A stretch of 64,000 bases of DNA from Actinomycetota bacterium (GTDB lineage: Bacteria > Actinomycetota > Actinomycetes > S36-B12 > GCA-2699445): positions 18,618 through 82,617 of the forward strand of contig JAPOIY010000005.1 in assembly GCA_029978705.1 (NCBI GenBank). Reading direction: 5' to 3'. The notes under the pieces were generated by a model. The model worked only from the letters and a program-made list of their open reading frames with translations, ran no database searches and was not told the origin of the DNA. Of the stretch, positions 46,460-59,355 are shown piece by piece. How positions within the stretch are numbered: the stretch's first letter is position 1; the number at the start of each line of letters is the position of its first letter. A program made the translations under genes and the position numbers.

Positions 46460-48460
46460 GTGTCGGTCTCCGAATACACCAAGCGCATCTTCCTGGGGCG
46501 CGCGCTCCGCAGCGACAAGCTGGAGGAGACCCTGCTGCCCAAGCGCATCGCGCTCCCCGTGTTCGCGTCCGACGCGCTGTCGTCCAACGCCTACGCCACC
46601 CAGGAGATCCTGGTCGTCCTGGCCCTGGGGGGCGCGTCGCTGTACGCGTACGGGGCCTGGATCGCGGCCATGGTCGTCCTCGTCTACTTCGTGGTGGTGG
46701 CGTCCTACCGGCAGAACGTGCATGCCTACCCGTCCGGCGGCGGCGACTACGAGGTGGTCACCAGCAACATCGGTCCCCGCGCCGGGGTCCTCGTCGCCTC
46801 CGCGCTCCTGGTCGACTACGTGCTCACGGTCGCGGTCTCCATCTCCGCCGGGGTCGCCAGCCTGGCGTCCATCTCGGCGTTCGTCGAAGAACACACCGTC
46901 GTCATCGCCCTGCTGGCCATCCTCGGGATCACCGTGCTCAACCTGCGCGGGGTGCGGGAGTCCGGCTCCCTGTTCGCCATCCCCACGTACTTCTTCATGT
47001 TCAGCATCGCGGTCCTGGTCATCACCGCCGTGGTGCGCTTCGCCATGGGCGACGATCTGCAGGCCGCGAGCGCGGCCTACGAGGTCGTCGCGGAGAACGA
47101 GTACGCCGGCCTCGCCCTGCTGTTCCTCCTCGCGCGTTCGTTCTCCTCGGGTACGACGGCGCTGACCGGTATCGAGGCGATCGCCAACGGGGTACCGGCC
47201 TTCCGGCCCCCCAAGAGCCAGAACGCGGCCAACACGCTCCTGGCCCTGGGGCTGATCGCCACGAGCATGTTCGCCGCGATCACGTTCCTGGCCCTCAAGA
47301 CCGGTATCAAGATCACGGACAACGACGCCGACCTGATCGGGCTGCCGCCCGGCGAGACGCAGAAGACGGTGATCGTGCAGATCGCGGATGCCGTCTTCGG
47401 GCAGGCGACGTGGGCTGTGGCGGTCGTGTCCATCTCGACGGCGCTGATCCTCCTCCTGGCGGCCAACACCGCCTTCAACGGCTTCCCCGTCCTCGGCTCG
47501 GTGCTCGGACGCGACGGCTACCTGCCGCACCAACTGCACACCCGCGGCGACCGGCTGGCCTACAGCAACGGCATCCTGGCGCTGGCCATCACCGCCGCCG
47601 TGCTGGTGTTCATCTTCAAGGCCGACGTCAGCGCGCTGATCCAGCTGTACATCGTGGGGGTCTTCATCGCCTTCACCATGAGCCAGATCGGGATGGTCAT
47701 CCACTGGACCCGACTGCTGCGCGGACCCGTGCCCTCGGACCGACGGGCCGCCATGATCCGCTCGCGGGTCATCAACTTCATCGGCGCCTGCCTGACCGGC
47801 ACGGTGCTGCTGATCGTCGTCGCCACGAAGTTCCTGCGCGGCGCGTGGATCGTCTGCCTGCTGATCCCGTTGCTCTACCTGCTGATGCAGGCCATCCACC
47901 GGCACTACCAGCGGGTCAGCGACGAACTGGCCCTCGACGACGACGACGAGAAGGTGATGCTCCCGTCCCGGGTCGTCGCCCTGGTCCTCGTCTCGAAGAT
48001 CCACAAACCGACGCTGCGCGCCCTGTCGTACGCCCGGGGGTCCCGTCCGGCCGTCCTCGAGGCCATCACGGTGAACGTAGACCCGGTGGAGACGCAGGAG
48101 TTGTTGGCGGACTGGGAACGCCGTGAGATCCCCGTACCGCTGCGCGTGCTGGACTCGCCCTACCGTGAGATCACCCGACCCGTGGTCAAGTACGTGAAGA
48201 GTCTGCGGCGGGAGTCACCCCGCGACCTCGTGACCGTCTACTTCCCGCAGTACGTGGTCGGTCACTGGTACGAGCACCTGCTGCACAACCAGTCCGCGCT
48301 GCGGTTGCGGGCGCGACTGATGTTCAGCAAGAACGTCGTCCTGGTGACCGTTCCGTGGCAACTGGCCAGTGCCGTCGATCGCGGGGACCTGCCGCAGAAC
48401 GAGATCGCGGCGGCCGTGCGCTACGGCAGCGCGGAACAGACCGACTTCGATTCCCCCTGA
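46460..48460 (+). CDS. APC-superfamily permease with long cytoplasmic C-terminal domain
   Basis: 666 aa from GTG 46460. N-terminal KRIALPVFASDALSSNAYATQEIL, about 12 TM segments, and a ~190-aa soluble tail. Cf. M. tuberculosis Rv2690c-type (from memory). Confidence 0.8.
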   Translation: MSVSEYTKRIFLGRALRSDKLEETLLPKRIALPVFASDALSSNAYATQEILVVLALGGASLYAYGAWIAAMVVLVYFVVVASYRQNVHAYPSGGGDYEVVTSNIGPRAGVLVASALLVDYVLTVAVSISAGVASLASISAFVEEHTVVIALLAILGITVLNLRGVRESGSLFAIPTYFFMFSIAVLVITAVVRFAMGDDLQAASAAYEVVAENEYAGLALLFLLARSFSSGTTALTGIEAIANGVPAFRPPKSQNAANTLLALGLIATSMFAAITFLALKTGIKITDNDADLIGLPPGETQKTVIVQIADAVFGQATWAVAVVSISTALILLLAANTAFNGFPVLGSVLGRDGYLPHQLHTRGDRLAYSNGILALAITAAVLVFIFKADVSALIQLYIVGVFIAFTMSQIGMVIHWTRLLRGPVPSDRRAAMIRSRVINFIGACLTGTVLLIVVATKFLRGAWIVCLLIPLLYLLMQAIHRHYQRVSDELALDDDDEKVMLPSRVVALVLVSKIHKPTLRALSYARGSRPAVLEAITVNVDPVETQELLADWERREIPVPLRVLDSPYREITRPVVKYVKSLRRESPRDLVTVYFPQYVVGHWYEHLLHNQSALRLRARLMFSKNVVLVTVPWQLASAVDRGDLPQNEIAAAVRYGSAEQTDFDSP

Positions 48461-49581
48461 TGCGCGTCACCATCGACCGGATGGCCCACGGCGGGGCGGC
48501 CGTCGGGCGGGTCGAGGGCCGGGTGGTCTTCGTGCGCGGGGCGATCCCCGGCGAGGTCGTGCAGGTGCGGGTGACCGGGGAGGGGCGCCGCGGCCGATAC
48601 CTGACCGCGGACACGGTCGCGGTCATCACCGCCTCCCCGGACCGCGTGGCGCCTCCCTGCCCGATCGCCGGGGACTGCGGCGGGGGCGACTGGCAGTTCA
48701 TCTCCCTGACGCGGCAGCGCACCCTCAAGGCGGAGGTCGTGGCCGACCAGATGGCCCGTCTTGGCGGGGTGCACCGCGAGGTGACCGTCACCGGTGGGGA
48801 CGCCACCGGCCTCGGGTGGCGCACCCGGATGCGGTTCGCGGCGGCGGATCCCGGCTGGGGGCTGCGACGCCACGGCAGTCACGACGTCGTGCCGGTGCCC
48901 GAGTGCGCCGTCGCCGTCCCGGGCCTCAACGAGCTGTTGCGGTCGCCGCCGGAGTCCCGCCCCGGTCAGCAGCTGGTGGTGATCGACCAGCCGGGAGGAG
49001 CAGCCTGGCAGCGGATCCCCGGGGACCCACCCGTCACCGTCACCGAACAGGTCGGCGACCGGACGTGGCACCTGCCGGCCGCGGCCTTCTGGCAGGCGCA
49101 CCGGGGCGCCCCCCGCGCCCTCCTCGACGCCGTGGCTCCCCACGTGCACCCAGTGGGCGTCTGGTGGGACCTCTACAGCGGGGTGGGGTTGTTCGCCGGC
49201 GCACTCGCCCGGCCCGGCCAGACGGTGACCGCAGTGGAGGGCGACCGGGCCGCCGCCCGCGCCGCGCGCCGCAACCTCGCCGACCTGGCCAGCGTCCGGG
49301 TGGTGGCCCGGGACGTCCGACAGTGGGTCGCCGCAGCCCCCGAGCCATCGCCGGACGCCGTCGTGCTCGATCCGCCCCGCACGGGGGCCGGCGCGGCCGT
49401 CTGCACCGCGCTGGGGCAGACCTCCGCCACGACCCTGGTCTACGTGGCGTGTGATCCGGCCGCGCTGGCCCGCGACACGCGCACGCTCACGGACGACGGC
49501 TGGCGCCTGGACACCCTCACCGGCCACGACCTGTTCCCCATGACCCACCACGTGGAGTGTGTCGCGGTCTTCCACCGCTAG
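48460..49581 (+). CDS. class I SAM-dependent RNA methyltransferase (TrmA/RlmD family, TRAM domain)
   Basis: N-terminal TRAM (GGAAVGRVEGRVVFVRGAIPGEVV). SAM motif LYSGVGLFA and catalytic DPPRTG...VACDP. TGATG overlap upstream. Confidence 0.85.
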   Translation: MRVTIDRMAHGGAAVGRVEGRVVFVRGAIPGEVVQVRVTGEGRRGRYLTADTVAVITASPDRVAPPCPIAGDCGGGDWQFISLTRQRTLKAEVVADQMARLGGVHREVTVTGGDATGLGWRTRMRFAAADPGWGLRRHGSHDVVPVPECAVAVPGLNELLRSPPESRPGQQLVVIDQPGGAAWQRIPGDPPVTVTEQVGDRTWHLPAAAFWQAHRGAPRALLDAVAPHVHPVGVWWDLYSGVGLFAGALARPGQTVTAVEGDRAAARAARRNLADLASVRVVARDVRQWVAAAPEPSPDAVVLDPPRTGAGAAVCTALGQTSATTLVYVACDPAALARDTRTLTDDGWRLDTLTGHDLFPMTHHVECVAVFHR

Positions 49582-49610
49582 GGCGCGGCGGCCGCCAGTG
49601 AGCCCCCCTC

Positions 49611-49616
49611 TAGACT
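49611..49616 (+). promoter_or_regulatory. -10 box (TAGACT) of acnA (leadered; SD GAGAGGGAG)
   Basis: 30 nt upstream of ATG 49647. Only AT-containing hexamer in the 65-nt intergenic region. Confidence 0.4.
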
Positions 49617-49646
49617 GGCGACGCAGCAGCGCCACGAGAGGGAGCC

Positions 49647-52421
<2,775 letters not shown>

Positions 52422-52424
52422 CGG

Positions 52425-52793
52425 ATGCCTGCGGCACCGCCGCCGGGGTGGCCGGGCGACCTGCCCGGCCCCGACGCTGCCGAGTTCGGCGACCGCGTCA
52501 CGAACTGGCTGCTCGACCGGGGCCCGGGGGAGTGGCGGTCCCATCCCGTGCTCCGCCGCCACCCGCGTGCCCTCTCCCGCCTCCTGATCCATCATCTCGA
52601 CGCTCGTCTCGCAGGGCTGCGGACCAGTTACTCCGCGGCCCGCCGGGAACTGGCCGACGTCGTGCCGGGCGCCGAGTTCGCGGACCTGCTGGCGGCGATC
52701 GAGGCCGACGGTGTCGTCACGACCGAGATGCTGCGGCAGGCGCGGTTGGTCGACGAGGCGCTCTCGGGGCGGCGGTGGCGCTCGCGGCTGTGA
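52425..52793 (+). CDS. hypothetical protein
   Basis: 122 aa. GC3-rich frame. Starts 3 nt after the acnA stop. No recognisable motif. Confidence 0.5.
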   Translation: MPAAPPPGWPGDLPGPDAAEFGDRVTNWLLDRGPGEWRSHPVLRRHPRALSRLLIHHLDARLAGLRTSYSAARRELADVVPGAEFADLLAAIEADGVVTTEMLRQARLVDEALSGRRWRSRL

Positions 52794-52815
52794 TGCTGGT
52801 GCCCCTGGCGCTGCG

Positions 52816-52821
52816 TAGACT
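52816..52821 (+). promoter_or_regulatory. -10 box (TAGACT), leaderless dxs
   Basis: 6 nt upstream of GTG 52828. Confidence 0.45.
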
Positions 52822-52827
52822 CAGGGG

Positions 52828-54684
52828 GTGGGCGAGATCGACCGAATCGAGGGACCGCAGGACCTCTCCGCTCTCGACGAGGAGCAGTTGGCCGTGCTCG
52901 CCGAAGAGATCCGCGAGTTCCTCGTGCACTCCGTATCGCGTACCGGTGGCCACCTGGGCCCCAATCTCGGCGTGGTCGAGCTCACCATCGCGCTGCACCG
53001 CGTCTTCGACTCCCCCCGCGACGCCATCCTGTGGGACACCGGCCACCAGACCTACGTCCACAAGATCCTCACCGGTCGCCGTGAGGGCTTCACCCACCTG
53101 CGGCAGGCGGGGGGCCTGAGCGGTTACCCCAGTCGGGCGGAGAGCCAGCACGACTGGATCGAGAACTCGCACGCCTCCACGGCCCTCAGCTACGCGGACG
53201 GCCTGGCCAAGGCGTGGCAGATGACGGGGGAGGAACGCCGCGTCGTGGCCGTCGTCGGAGACGGGTCCCTCACCGGGGGCATGGCGTGGGAGGCGCTCAA
53301 CAACATCGCCGCGGCGGACCGGCGCGTAGTGATCGTCGTCAACGACAACGGACGTTCCTACGGGCCCACCATCGGCGGCATCGCGCACCACCTCGGCACC
53401 CTGCGCACCACGCAGGGATACGAGCGTTTCCTCGGCTGGGGCCGACGCACCCTCACCCGTACCCCTGTCGTGGGCCGCCCCGTGTACGAGACCCTGCACG
53501 GCGTCAAGAAGGGGGTCAAGGACATCATCACCCCCCAGGGCATGTTCGAGGACCTCGGCATCAAGTACCTCGGCCCCATCGACGGACACAACCTGTCCGA
53601 CCTCGAGACGACGCTGGCTCACGCCGCCCGCTTCCCCGGTCCCGTCATCGTGCACTGCCTCACCCAGAAGGGCCGCGGCTACGCCCCGGCGGAGAACGAT
53701 GAGGCCGACCGGTTCCACGGAGTGGGAGTCATCGACCCCGTCACCGGCCGCCCCACGGCCGCGCCGGGTCCGACCTGGACCGGGGTCTTCTCCAAGACCC
53801 TCATCCGGGAGGCCGGGCGGCGCCCCGAGGTCGTGGCCATCACCGCAGCCATGCCCGGCCCCACCGGGCTGGCAGACTTCGCCGCCGTGTACCCGGACCG
53901 GTGCTTCGACGTCGGCATCGCCGAGCAGCACGCCGTGACCAGCGCCGCCGGCCTGGCCATGGGCGGCGCGCATCCCGTCGTCGCCGTCTACGCGACCTTC
54001 CTCAACCGGGCCTACGACCAGGTCCTGCTGGACGCGGCGATGCACCGGCTGCCGGTGACCCTGGTCCTGGACCGCGCGGGGGTGACCGGCGACGACGGAG
54101 CCAGCCACAACGGCATGTGGGATCTGCCGCTGCTCGCTGGCGTGCCCGGCATGCGGGTGGCGGCGCCCCGCGACGGTGACACCCTCGCCGAGGAACTGAC
54201 CGCGGCCCTCGACGTGACCGATGGCCCCACCGCCGTCCGGTTCCCCAAGGGCGCGCTGCCCGACCCGCTGCCCGCGCTGCGGCGCAGCGGCACGCTGGAC
54301 GTGCTCGCGGAGTGGGGCGACGACGTCGTGCTCGTAGGGGTGGGGCCGATGGCCCAGATCTGCGTGGCGGCCGGGGAACTGCTGGCCGAGGAGGGTGTCG
54401 AGGTCACGGTCATCGACCCCCGCTGGGTCCTGCCCGTGCCCGAGTCACTCGTCGATCTGGCGCGGGGGGCCCGGCTGGTGGCCGTCGTCGAGGACGGCAA
54501 CCGCGTCGGTGGGGTCGGCGCAGCAGTGGCCGCGGCCTTGACCCCCGTTCCCGTGCTCGCGCTCGGCGTCGCCCCGGAGTTCCTCGCCCACGGCCGGCGG
54601 GCGGACCTGCTGGCCGAGCAGGGACTCACCCCCGCGGGCGTGGCCGAATCCGTCACGAAAGCGCTGGTGGGACTCGACCGCTGA
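52828..54684 (+). CDS. dxs: 1-deoxy-D-xylulose-5-phosphate synthase
   Basis: 618 aa. TPP motifs [29 protein letters not shown] and GIAEQHAVT. Confidence 0.97.
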   Translation: MGEIDRIEGPQDLSALDEEQLAVLAEEIREFLVHSVSRTGGHLGPNLGVVELTIALHRVFDSPRDAILWDTGHQTYVHKILTGRREGFTHLRQAGGLSGYPSRAESQHDWIENSHASTALSYADGLAKAWQMTGEERRVVAVVGDGSLTGGMAWEALNNIAAADRRVVIVVNDNGRSYGPTIGGIAHHLGTLRTTQGYERFLGWGRRTLTRTPVVGRPVYETLHGVKKGVKDIITPQGMFEDLGIKYLGPIDGHNLSDLETTLAHAARFPGPVIVHCLTQKGRGYAPAENDEADRFHGVGVIDPVTGRPTAAPGPTWTGVFSKTLIREAGRRPEVVAITAAMPGPTGLADFAAVYPDRCFDVGIAEQHAVTSAAGLAMGGAHPVVAVYATFLNRAYDQVLLDAAMHRLPVTLVLDRAGVTGDDGASHNGMWDLPLLAGVPGMRVAAPRDGDTLAEELTAALDVTDGPTAVRFPKGALPDPLPALRRSGTLDVLAEWGDDVVLVGVGPMAQICVAAGELLAEEGVEVTVIDPRWVLPVPESLVDLARGARLVAVVEDGNRVGGVGAAVAAALTPVPVLALGVAPEFLAHGRRADLLAEQGLTPAGVAESVTKALVGLDR

Positions 54685-54690
54685 CCGCGG

Positions 54691-56841
54691 TCAGGCAGGA
54701 ACGGACGCGGCGCCCTTGGGCAGGAACCGGGACCCGGTCGTCTTCTCCGCGACTCCCGTGCGGTCCAGGTACGGGCTCATCCCGCCGAGGTGGAAGCCCC
54801 AGCCGGCGCCGAGGATCATGCACATGTCGATGTCCTGAACCTCGGCCACGACAGCCTCGTCCAGCATGAGCTGCACTTCCTCGGCCAGGGCCGTGAGGGC
54901 CCGGTCGCGCACCTCGTCGCCCGTCAGCGGCGCGTCCCCCTGGACGAACACCTCGGCCACCCGGGGGTCGACCGTCCGGTTGCCGGCGGAGTCGAACTGC
55001 CAGATACCGGTGATCCCGGCCTCGACACCGCGGCGCAGGTTGTCGGACACGTAGAAGCGGTCCGGGTACGCGTCGTGCATCGTCTCCGACACGTGGAAGG
55101 CCACCGCCGGGCCGACCAGCTGCAGCAGCACGAAAGGCGACATCGGCAGGCCGAGCGGGTCCAGGGCACTGTCCGCCACCTCGAACGGGGTGCCCTCGTC
55201 GACGCTGCGCGTGACCTCACCCAGGAAACGCGTCAGCAGGCGGTTCACCACGAACGCCGGGGCGTCCTTGACCAGGACACAGGACTTCTTGAGCGACTTC
55301 CCGACGGCGAACGCGGTGGCGAGGGTGGCGTCGTCGGTGCGTTCGCCGCGCACGATCTCCAGCAGCGGCATGATGGCGACCGGGTTGAAGAAGTGGAATC
55401 CCACCACCCGCTCGGGATGCCTCAGGTCGGCCGCCATGTCCGTGACCGACAGAGACGAGGTGTTCGTGGCGAGCACACACGTGTCGGACACGACCTCCTC
55501 GCACTCCGCGAACACCTGCTGCTTGACCTTGAGGTCCTCGAAGACGGCCTCGATGACGAAGTCGGCGTCAGAGAACGCGGTCTTGTCCGTGGCCCCCGTG
55601 ACGAGGGCCTTGAACCGGTTGGCCTTGTCCTGGTTGATCCGGCCCTTGGCGAGCAGCTTGTCGATCTCGCCGTGGACGTAGGCGACGCCCTTGTCCACCC
55701 GCTCCTGGTCGAGGTCAGTCATGACGACCGGCACTTGCAGGCGCTGCACGAACAGCATGGCCATCTGGCTGGCCATGAGGCCGGCGCCGACGACCCCGAC
55801 CTTCGTCACCGGCCGCGCCAGGGACTTGTCGGGGGCACCCACCGGCCGCTTCGCCCGCTTCTGCACGAGGTCGAAGGAGTACAGGCCGGACCGCAGTTCG
55901 TCGCTCATGATCAGATCGGCGAGCGCCTCGTCCTCGGCCGCGAACCCGGCATCCGCGTCCGCCGTCTTGGCGGCCGCGACCAACTCCACCGCGCGCACGG
56001 GCGCCGGCGCGGCCCCGTGCAGTTGCGCGTCGAGGCCGGAGCGGACCGCGGCGACCGCCTGATCCCAGGTGTCGTCGCGGGCGATCTCGGGTCGCTCGAC
56101 CACGATGTCGCCGGACACGACCTCCGCGGCCCAGCGCAGCGACTGCTCGATGAAGTCGGCCGGCGCGAACATGGCGTCGGCGATGCCGAGGTCGAGCACC
56201 TGCTGCGGCTTCAGCATCCGGTTCTGGGCCAGCGGGTTGGTGACGATGACCTGCAGGGCCTTCTCCGGGCCGATGAGGTTGGGCAACAGCCACGCACCGC
56301 CCCAGCCGGGGACCAGGCCGAGAAAGACCTCGGGCAGTGCGATCGCCGCCGCGCCGGAACTGATGGTCCGGTATTCGCAGTGCAGCGCCAGTTCCAGGCC
56401 TCCGCCCATGGCGGCCCCGTTGATCAGCCCGAACGTCGGCACCGGGAAGTCGCCCAGCCGCCGCATGACCTGATGGCCGAGTTTCGCGATACCGCGGGCC
56501 ATGTCGCGCGACGTGATGATCGGCACGCCGGTGAGGTCGGCGCCGACCGCGAAGATGAAGGGTTTGCCCACGATGGCCAGCCCCCGGATGTCGGCGGCGG
56601 CCGCCTCGTCGAGGGCGGCATTCAACTCCAACAGTCCCTTGGGCCCGAACGTGTTCGGTTTGGTGTGGTCGAACCCGTTGTCGAGGGTGATGAGGCCGAA
56701 CGCGAAGTCGCCCACGGGGGAGGGGACGACCTGGAACTTGGCGTGCGTCACCACCTCGTCGCCGAGCAGCGACTCGTCGATGGCCAGGTCCGCCAGGGTC
56801 TGTGGGATCGCGGTGGTCACGCTGTTGGGCACGTCGGTCAC
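54691..56841 (-). CDS. fadB: 3-hydroxyacyl-CoA dehydrogenase / enoyl-CoA hydratase (fatty-acid oxidation alpha subunit)
   Basis: 716 aa. Crotonase domain (GAAMGGGLELAL) plus NAD-binding site VGVVGAGLMASQMA. Confidence 0.9.
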   Translation of the reverse strand: MTDVPNSVTTAIPQTLADLAIDESLLGDEVVTHAKFQVVPSPVGDFAFGLITLDNGFDHTKPNTFGPKGLLELNAALDEAAAADIRGLAIVGKPFIFAVGADLTGVPIITSRDMARGIAKLGHQVMRRLGDFPVPTFGLINGAAMGGGLELALHCEYRTISSGAAAIALPEVFLGLVPGWGGAWLLPNLIGPEKALQVIVTNPLAQNRMLKPQQVLDLGIADAMFAPADFIEQSLRWAAEVVSGDIVVERPEIARDDTWDQAVAAVRSGLDAQLHGAAPAPVRAVELVAAAKTADADAGFAAEDEALADLIMSDELRSGLYSFDLVQKRAKRPVGAPDKSLARPVTKVGVVGAGLMASQMAMLFVQRLQVPVVMTDLDQERVDKGVAYVHGEIDKLLAKGRINQDKANRFKALVTGATDKTAFSDADFVIEAVFEDLKVKQQVFAECEEVVSDTCVLATNTSSLSVTDMAADLRHPERVVGFHFFNPVAIMPLLEIVRGERTDDATLATAFAVGKSLKKSCVLVKDAPAFVVNRLLTRFLGEVTRSVDEGTPFEVADSALDPLGLPMSPFVLLQLVGPAVAFHVSETMHDAYPDRFYVSDNLRRGVEAGITGIWQFDSAGNRTVDPRVAEVFVQGDAPLTGDEVRDRALTALAEEVQLMLDEAVVAEVQDIDMCMILGAGWGFHLGGMSPYLDRTGVAEKTTGSRFLPKGAASVPA

Positions 56842-56842
56842 G

Positions 56843-58048
56843 TCAGGCCTTCTTTCCGTCGAAGTTCGGGTTCTCCCAGATCACGGTTCCGCCCATCCCC
56901 AGGCCGATACACATCGTCGTGAGCCCATACCGCACCTCGGGGTGTTCGGCGAATTCGTCGGCCAGGTAGGTCATCAGCCGAACCCCGCTGGACGCCAGGG
57001 GGTGCCCGACGGCGATCGCGCCGCCGTAGGGGTTGACGCGCGGGTCGTCGTCGGCGATCCCGAAGTGGTCGAGGAAAGCCAGGACCTGCACGGCGAACGC
57101 CTCGTTCACCTCGAACAGGCCGATGTCGGAGATGCCGAGGCCGGCTTTCGCCAGCGCCTTCTCCGTCGCCGGGACCGGCCCGATACCCATGACCTCGGGA
57201 TCGACGCCCGCGAACGCGAAGGACACCATCCGCATCTTGGCGGTCAGGCCCAGGTCGCGGGCCACGGTCGCCTCGGCCAGGATGGCCGCGGTGGCGCCGT
57301 CGTTCAGTCCGGCGGCGTTGCCGGCTGTCACGCGCCCGTGCGGCCGGAACGGCGTCTTCAGCGCGGCGAGGCTCTCCATGGAGGTGCCCGGTCGGGGCGG
57401 CTCGTCCACGGTCGCGAGGCCGAAGCCCTTCTCCGCCGAGCGGGTGGCGACGGGCACCAGATTGGGCTGGATCTTCCCGTTGGCATAGGCCTTCGCGGTC
57501 TTCTCCTGGGACGCGACGGCGTATGCGTCGGCGCGCTGCTTGGTGAGCTGCGGGAACCGGTCGTGCAGGTTCTCGGCGGTCTTGCCCATCAACAGGGCCT
57601 CGGGATCGACGATCTTCTCGCTGAGGAACCGGGGGTTGGGATCGACTCCCTCGCCCATCGGGTGACGCCCCATGTGTTCCACCCCGCCGGCGACGGCGAC
57701 GTCGTACATGCCCGCCATGATCGGGGCGGAGAGCGTCGTGACCGCGGTCATGGCGCCGGCGCACATACGGTCGACGCTGTAGCCGGGCACGGTGCTGGGG
57801 AATCCGGCGAGCAGGGCGGCGGCCCGCCCGATCGTCAGCCCCTGGTCGCCAGTCTGGGTGGTGGCGGCCACGGCCACGTCGTCGATCCGGTCCAACGGCA
57901 GCGACGGGTTGCGCCGGGCCAACTCCCGGAACACGTTGACGACGAGGTCGTCCGCGCGGGTCTCCGCGAACATTCCCTTCGGGCCGGCCTTTCCGAAGGC
58001 GGTGCGCGCCCCGTCCACGAAGACGACGTCTCGGACTGTTCGACTCAC
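56843..58048 (-). CDS. fadA: acetyl-CoA C-acyltransferase (thiolase)
   Basis: 401 aa. Active-site Cys region (VDRMCAGAM). C-terminal NPYGGAIAVGHPLASSG and CIGLGMG. Confidence 0.93.
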   Translation of the reverse strand: MSRTVRDVVFVDGARTAFGKAGPKGMFAETRADDLVVNVFRELARRNPSLPLDRIDDVAVAATTQTGDQGLTIGRAAALLAGFPSTVPGYSVDRMCAGAMTAVTTLSAPIMAGMYDVAVAGGVEHMGRHPMGEGVDPNPRFLSEKIVDPEALLMGKTAENLHDRFPQLTKQRADAYAVASQEKTAKAYANGKIQPNLVPVATRSAEKGFGLATVDEPPRPGTSMESLAALKTPFRPHGRVTAGNAAGLNDGATAAILAEATVARDLGLTAKMRMVSFAFAGVDPEVMGIGPVPATEKALAKAGLGISDIGLFEVNEAFAVQVLAFLDHFGIADDDPRVNPYGGAIAVGHPLASSGVRLMTYLADEFAEHPEVRYGLTTMCIGLGMGGTVIWENPNFDGKKA

Positions 58049-58095
58049 GGCAACTCCCGGATTCCAGGCCCGCTGGGGCGCGACGTGACCCCAAC

Positions 58096-58111
58096 ATTAC
58101 TCGCGGGTAAC
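58096..58111. promoter_or_regulatory. imperfect palindrome (candidate operator) upstream of fadA-fadB
   Basis: ATTACTCGCGGGTAAC has TTAC-N6-GTAA arms and 12/16 self-complementary positions. Lies 48-63 nt upstream of the fadA GTG, in the only non-coding stretch before the operon. Confidence 0.3.
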
Positions 58112-58145
58112 CTCTGCCCCGAACCCCGCCTGCCTGTGTTGTCCG

Positions 58146-59336
58146 TCACGCCAGGGCGGCGGCAATGAGCGCGGCCACGTTGTCGACCTGCCACGGGCGC
58201 ACCCCCGCCTCGGCCAGGCTGTCGCGGACCTGGGTCTCGGTGAGCGGACCACCTGCGTTCCACACCAGACCGCGCACGGGGTCGGGGGAGATGAGCACCT
58301 CGGTCGGCATCGCCAGCTCCTCAGCCCGCTGGGTCACGGCCGCCCGCACCGCCACCAGCCGGGTGGCGGCCTCGGGGTCGCGGCGCTCCCACGCCCGCTG
58401 CGGGGGTGGCCCGGTCTCCTCGGCCCGACGTGGCGGCAGCTCCGCCTCGGGGAGCGCACGGGCCCGTTCGATCGCCTCCCACCAGCGGTGGACCCGCCGC
58501 CGCTGCGGTTTCATGACGGGAAGTGCGCCGAGTTCGGCACTGCTCTGCGGCGCCGCCTGCACGACTTCGGCCATCACCGCGTCCTTCATGATCCGGCCGA
58601 CCGGCTGGTCGGCGGCCCGGGCGATGGCGTCGCGCACCTGCCACATCTCCCGGACGGTCGCGAGTTGCCGGGGCTCCCGCAGCCGCCCGGCGGCCCGCCG
58701 CCATGGGTCCCGCGGCACCTTCGGCTGCCATGTGAGGAGGAACTGGAACTCCTGCTGCGCCCACTCCACCCGGCCGGCGCGGTCGAGCCGCACGAGGAGG
58801 TCCTCCCGCAGTTCGGCGAGCAGCTCGACGTCCAACGCCGCGTAATTCAGCCAATCGGGGGGCAGCGGCCGCCGCGACCAGTCGGCGGCACCGTGCCCCT
58901 TGGCCAGCCCGACCCCCAGCACATCCTCGGTCAGACCGGCCAGTCCCACCCGGGGCAGTCCGAGGATCCGGGCGGCGAGTTCGGTATCGAAGAGCTGCGC
59001 GGGCCGCAGGCCCAACTCACCCAGGCAGGGCAGGTCCTGTGTGGCCGCGTGCAGGATCCACTCCGGTTCGCGCAGCGACTCGGCGAGGGGATCCAGCGCG
59101 GGCACGGCGATGGGGTCGACCAGGTGGGTGCCGCCGCCCTCCCGCCGGATCTGTACCAGGTAGGCGTTCTGGCCGTACCGGTGACCGGAGGCGCGCTCAG
59201 CGTCGATGGCGACGGGTCCCGAGCCGGCGGCCAGCCGGGTGACGGCCTCGGCGAGGGCAGCTGCAGTGTCCACGACCGGAGGCACACCCTCAGCGGGTTC
59301 CCGCAGCACCGGCTGTTCGTTCGACGATTCACTCAC
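58146..59336 (-). CDS. rnd: ribonuclease D-like 3'-5' exonuclease with HRDC domain
   Basis: 396 aa. DEDDy exonuclease motifs (VAIDAERAS, LHAATQDL, YAALDV) plus an HRDC region. Confidence 0.85.
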   Translation of the reverse strand: MSESSNEQPVLREPAEGVPPVVDTAAALAEAVTRLAAGSGPVAIDAERASGHRYGQNAYLVQIRREGGGTHLVDPIAVPALDPLAESLREPEWILHAATQDLPCLGELGLRPAQLFDTELAARILGLPRVGLAGLTEDVLGVGLAKGHGAADWSRRPLPPDWLNYAALDVELLAELREDLLVRLDRAGRVEWAQQEFQFLLTWQPKVPRDPWRRAAGRLREPRQLATVREMWQVRDAIARAADQPVGRIMKDAVMAEVVQAAPQSSAELGALPVMKPQRRRVHRWWEAIERARALPEAELPPRRAEETGPPPQRAWERRDPEAATRLVAVRAAVTQRAEELAMPTEVLISPDPVRGLVWNAGGPLTETQVRDSLAEAGVRPWQVDNVAALIAAALA

Positions 59337-59355
59337 TGATCACGAGGATATCGGG

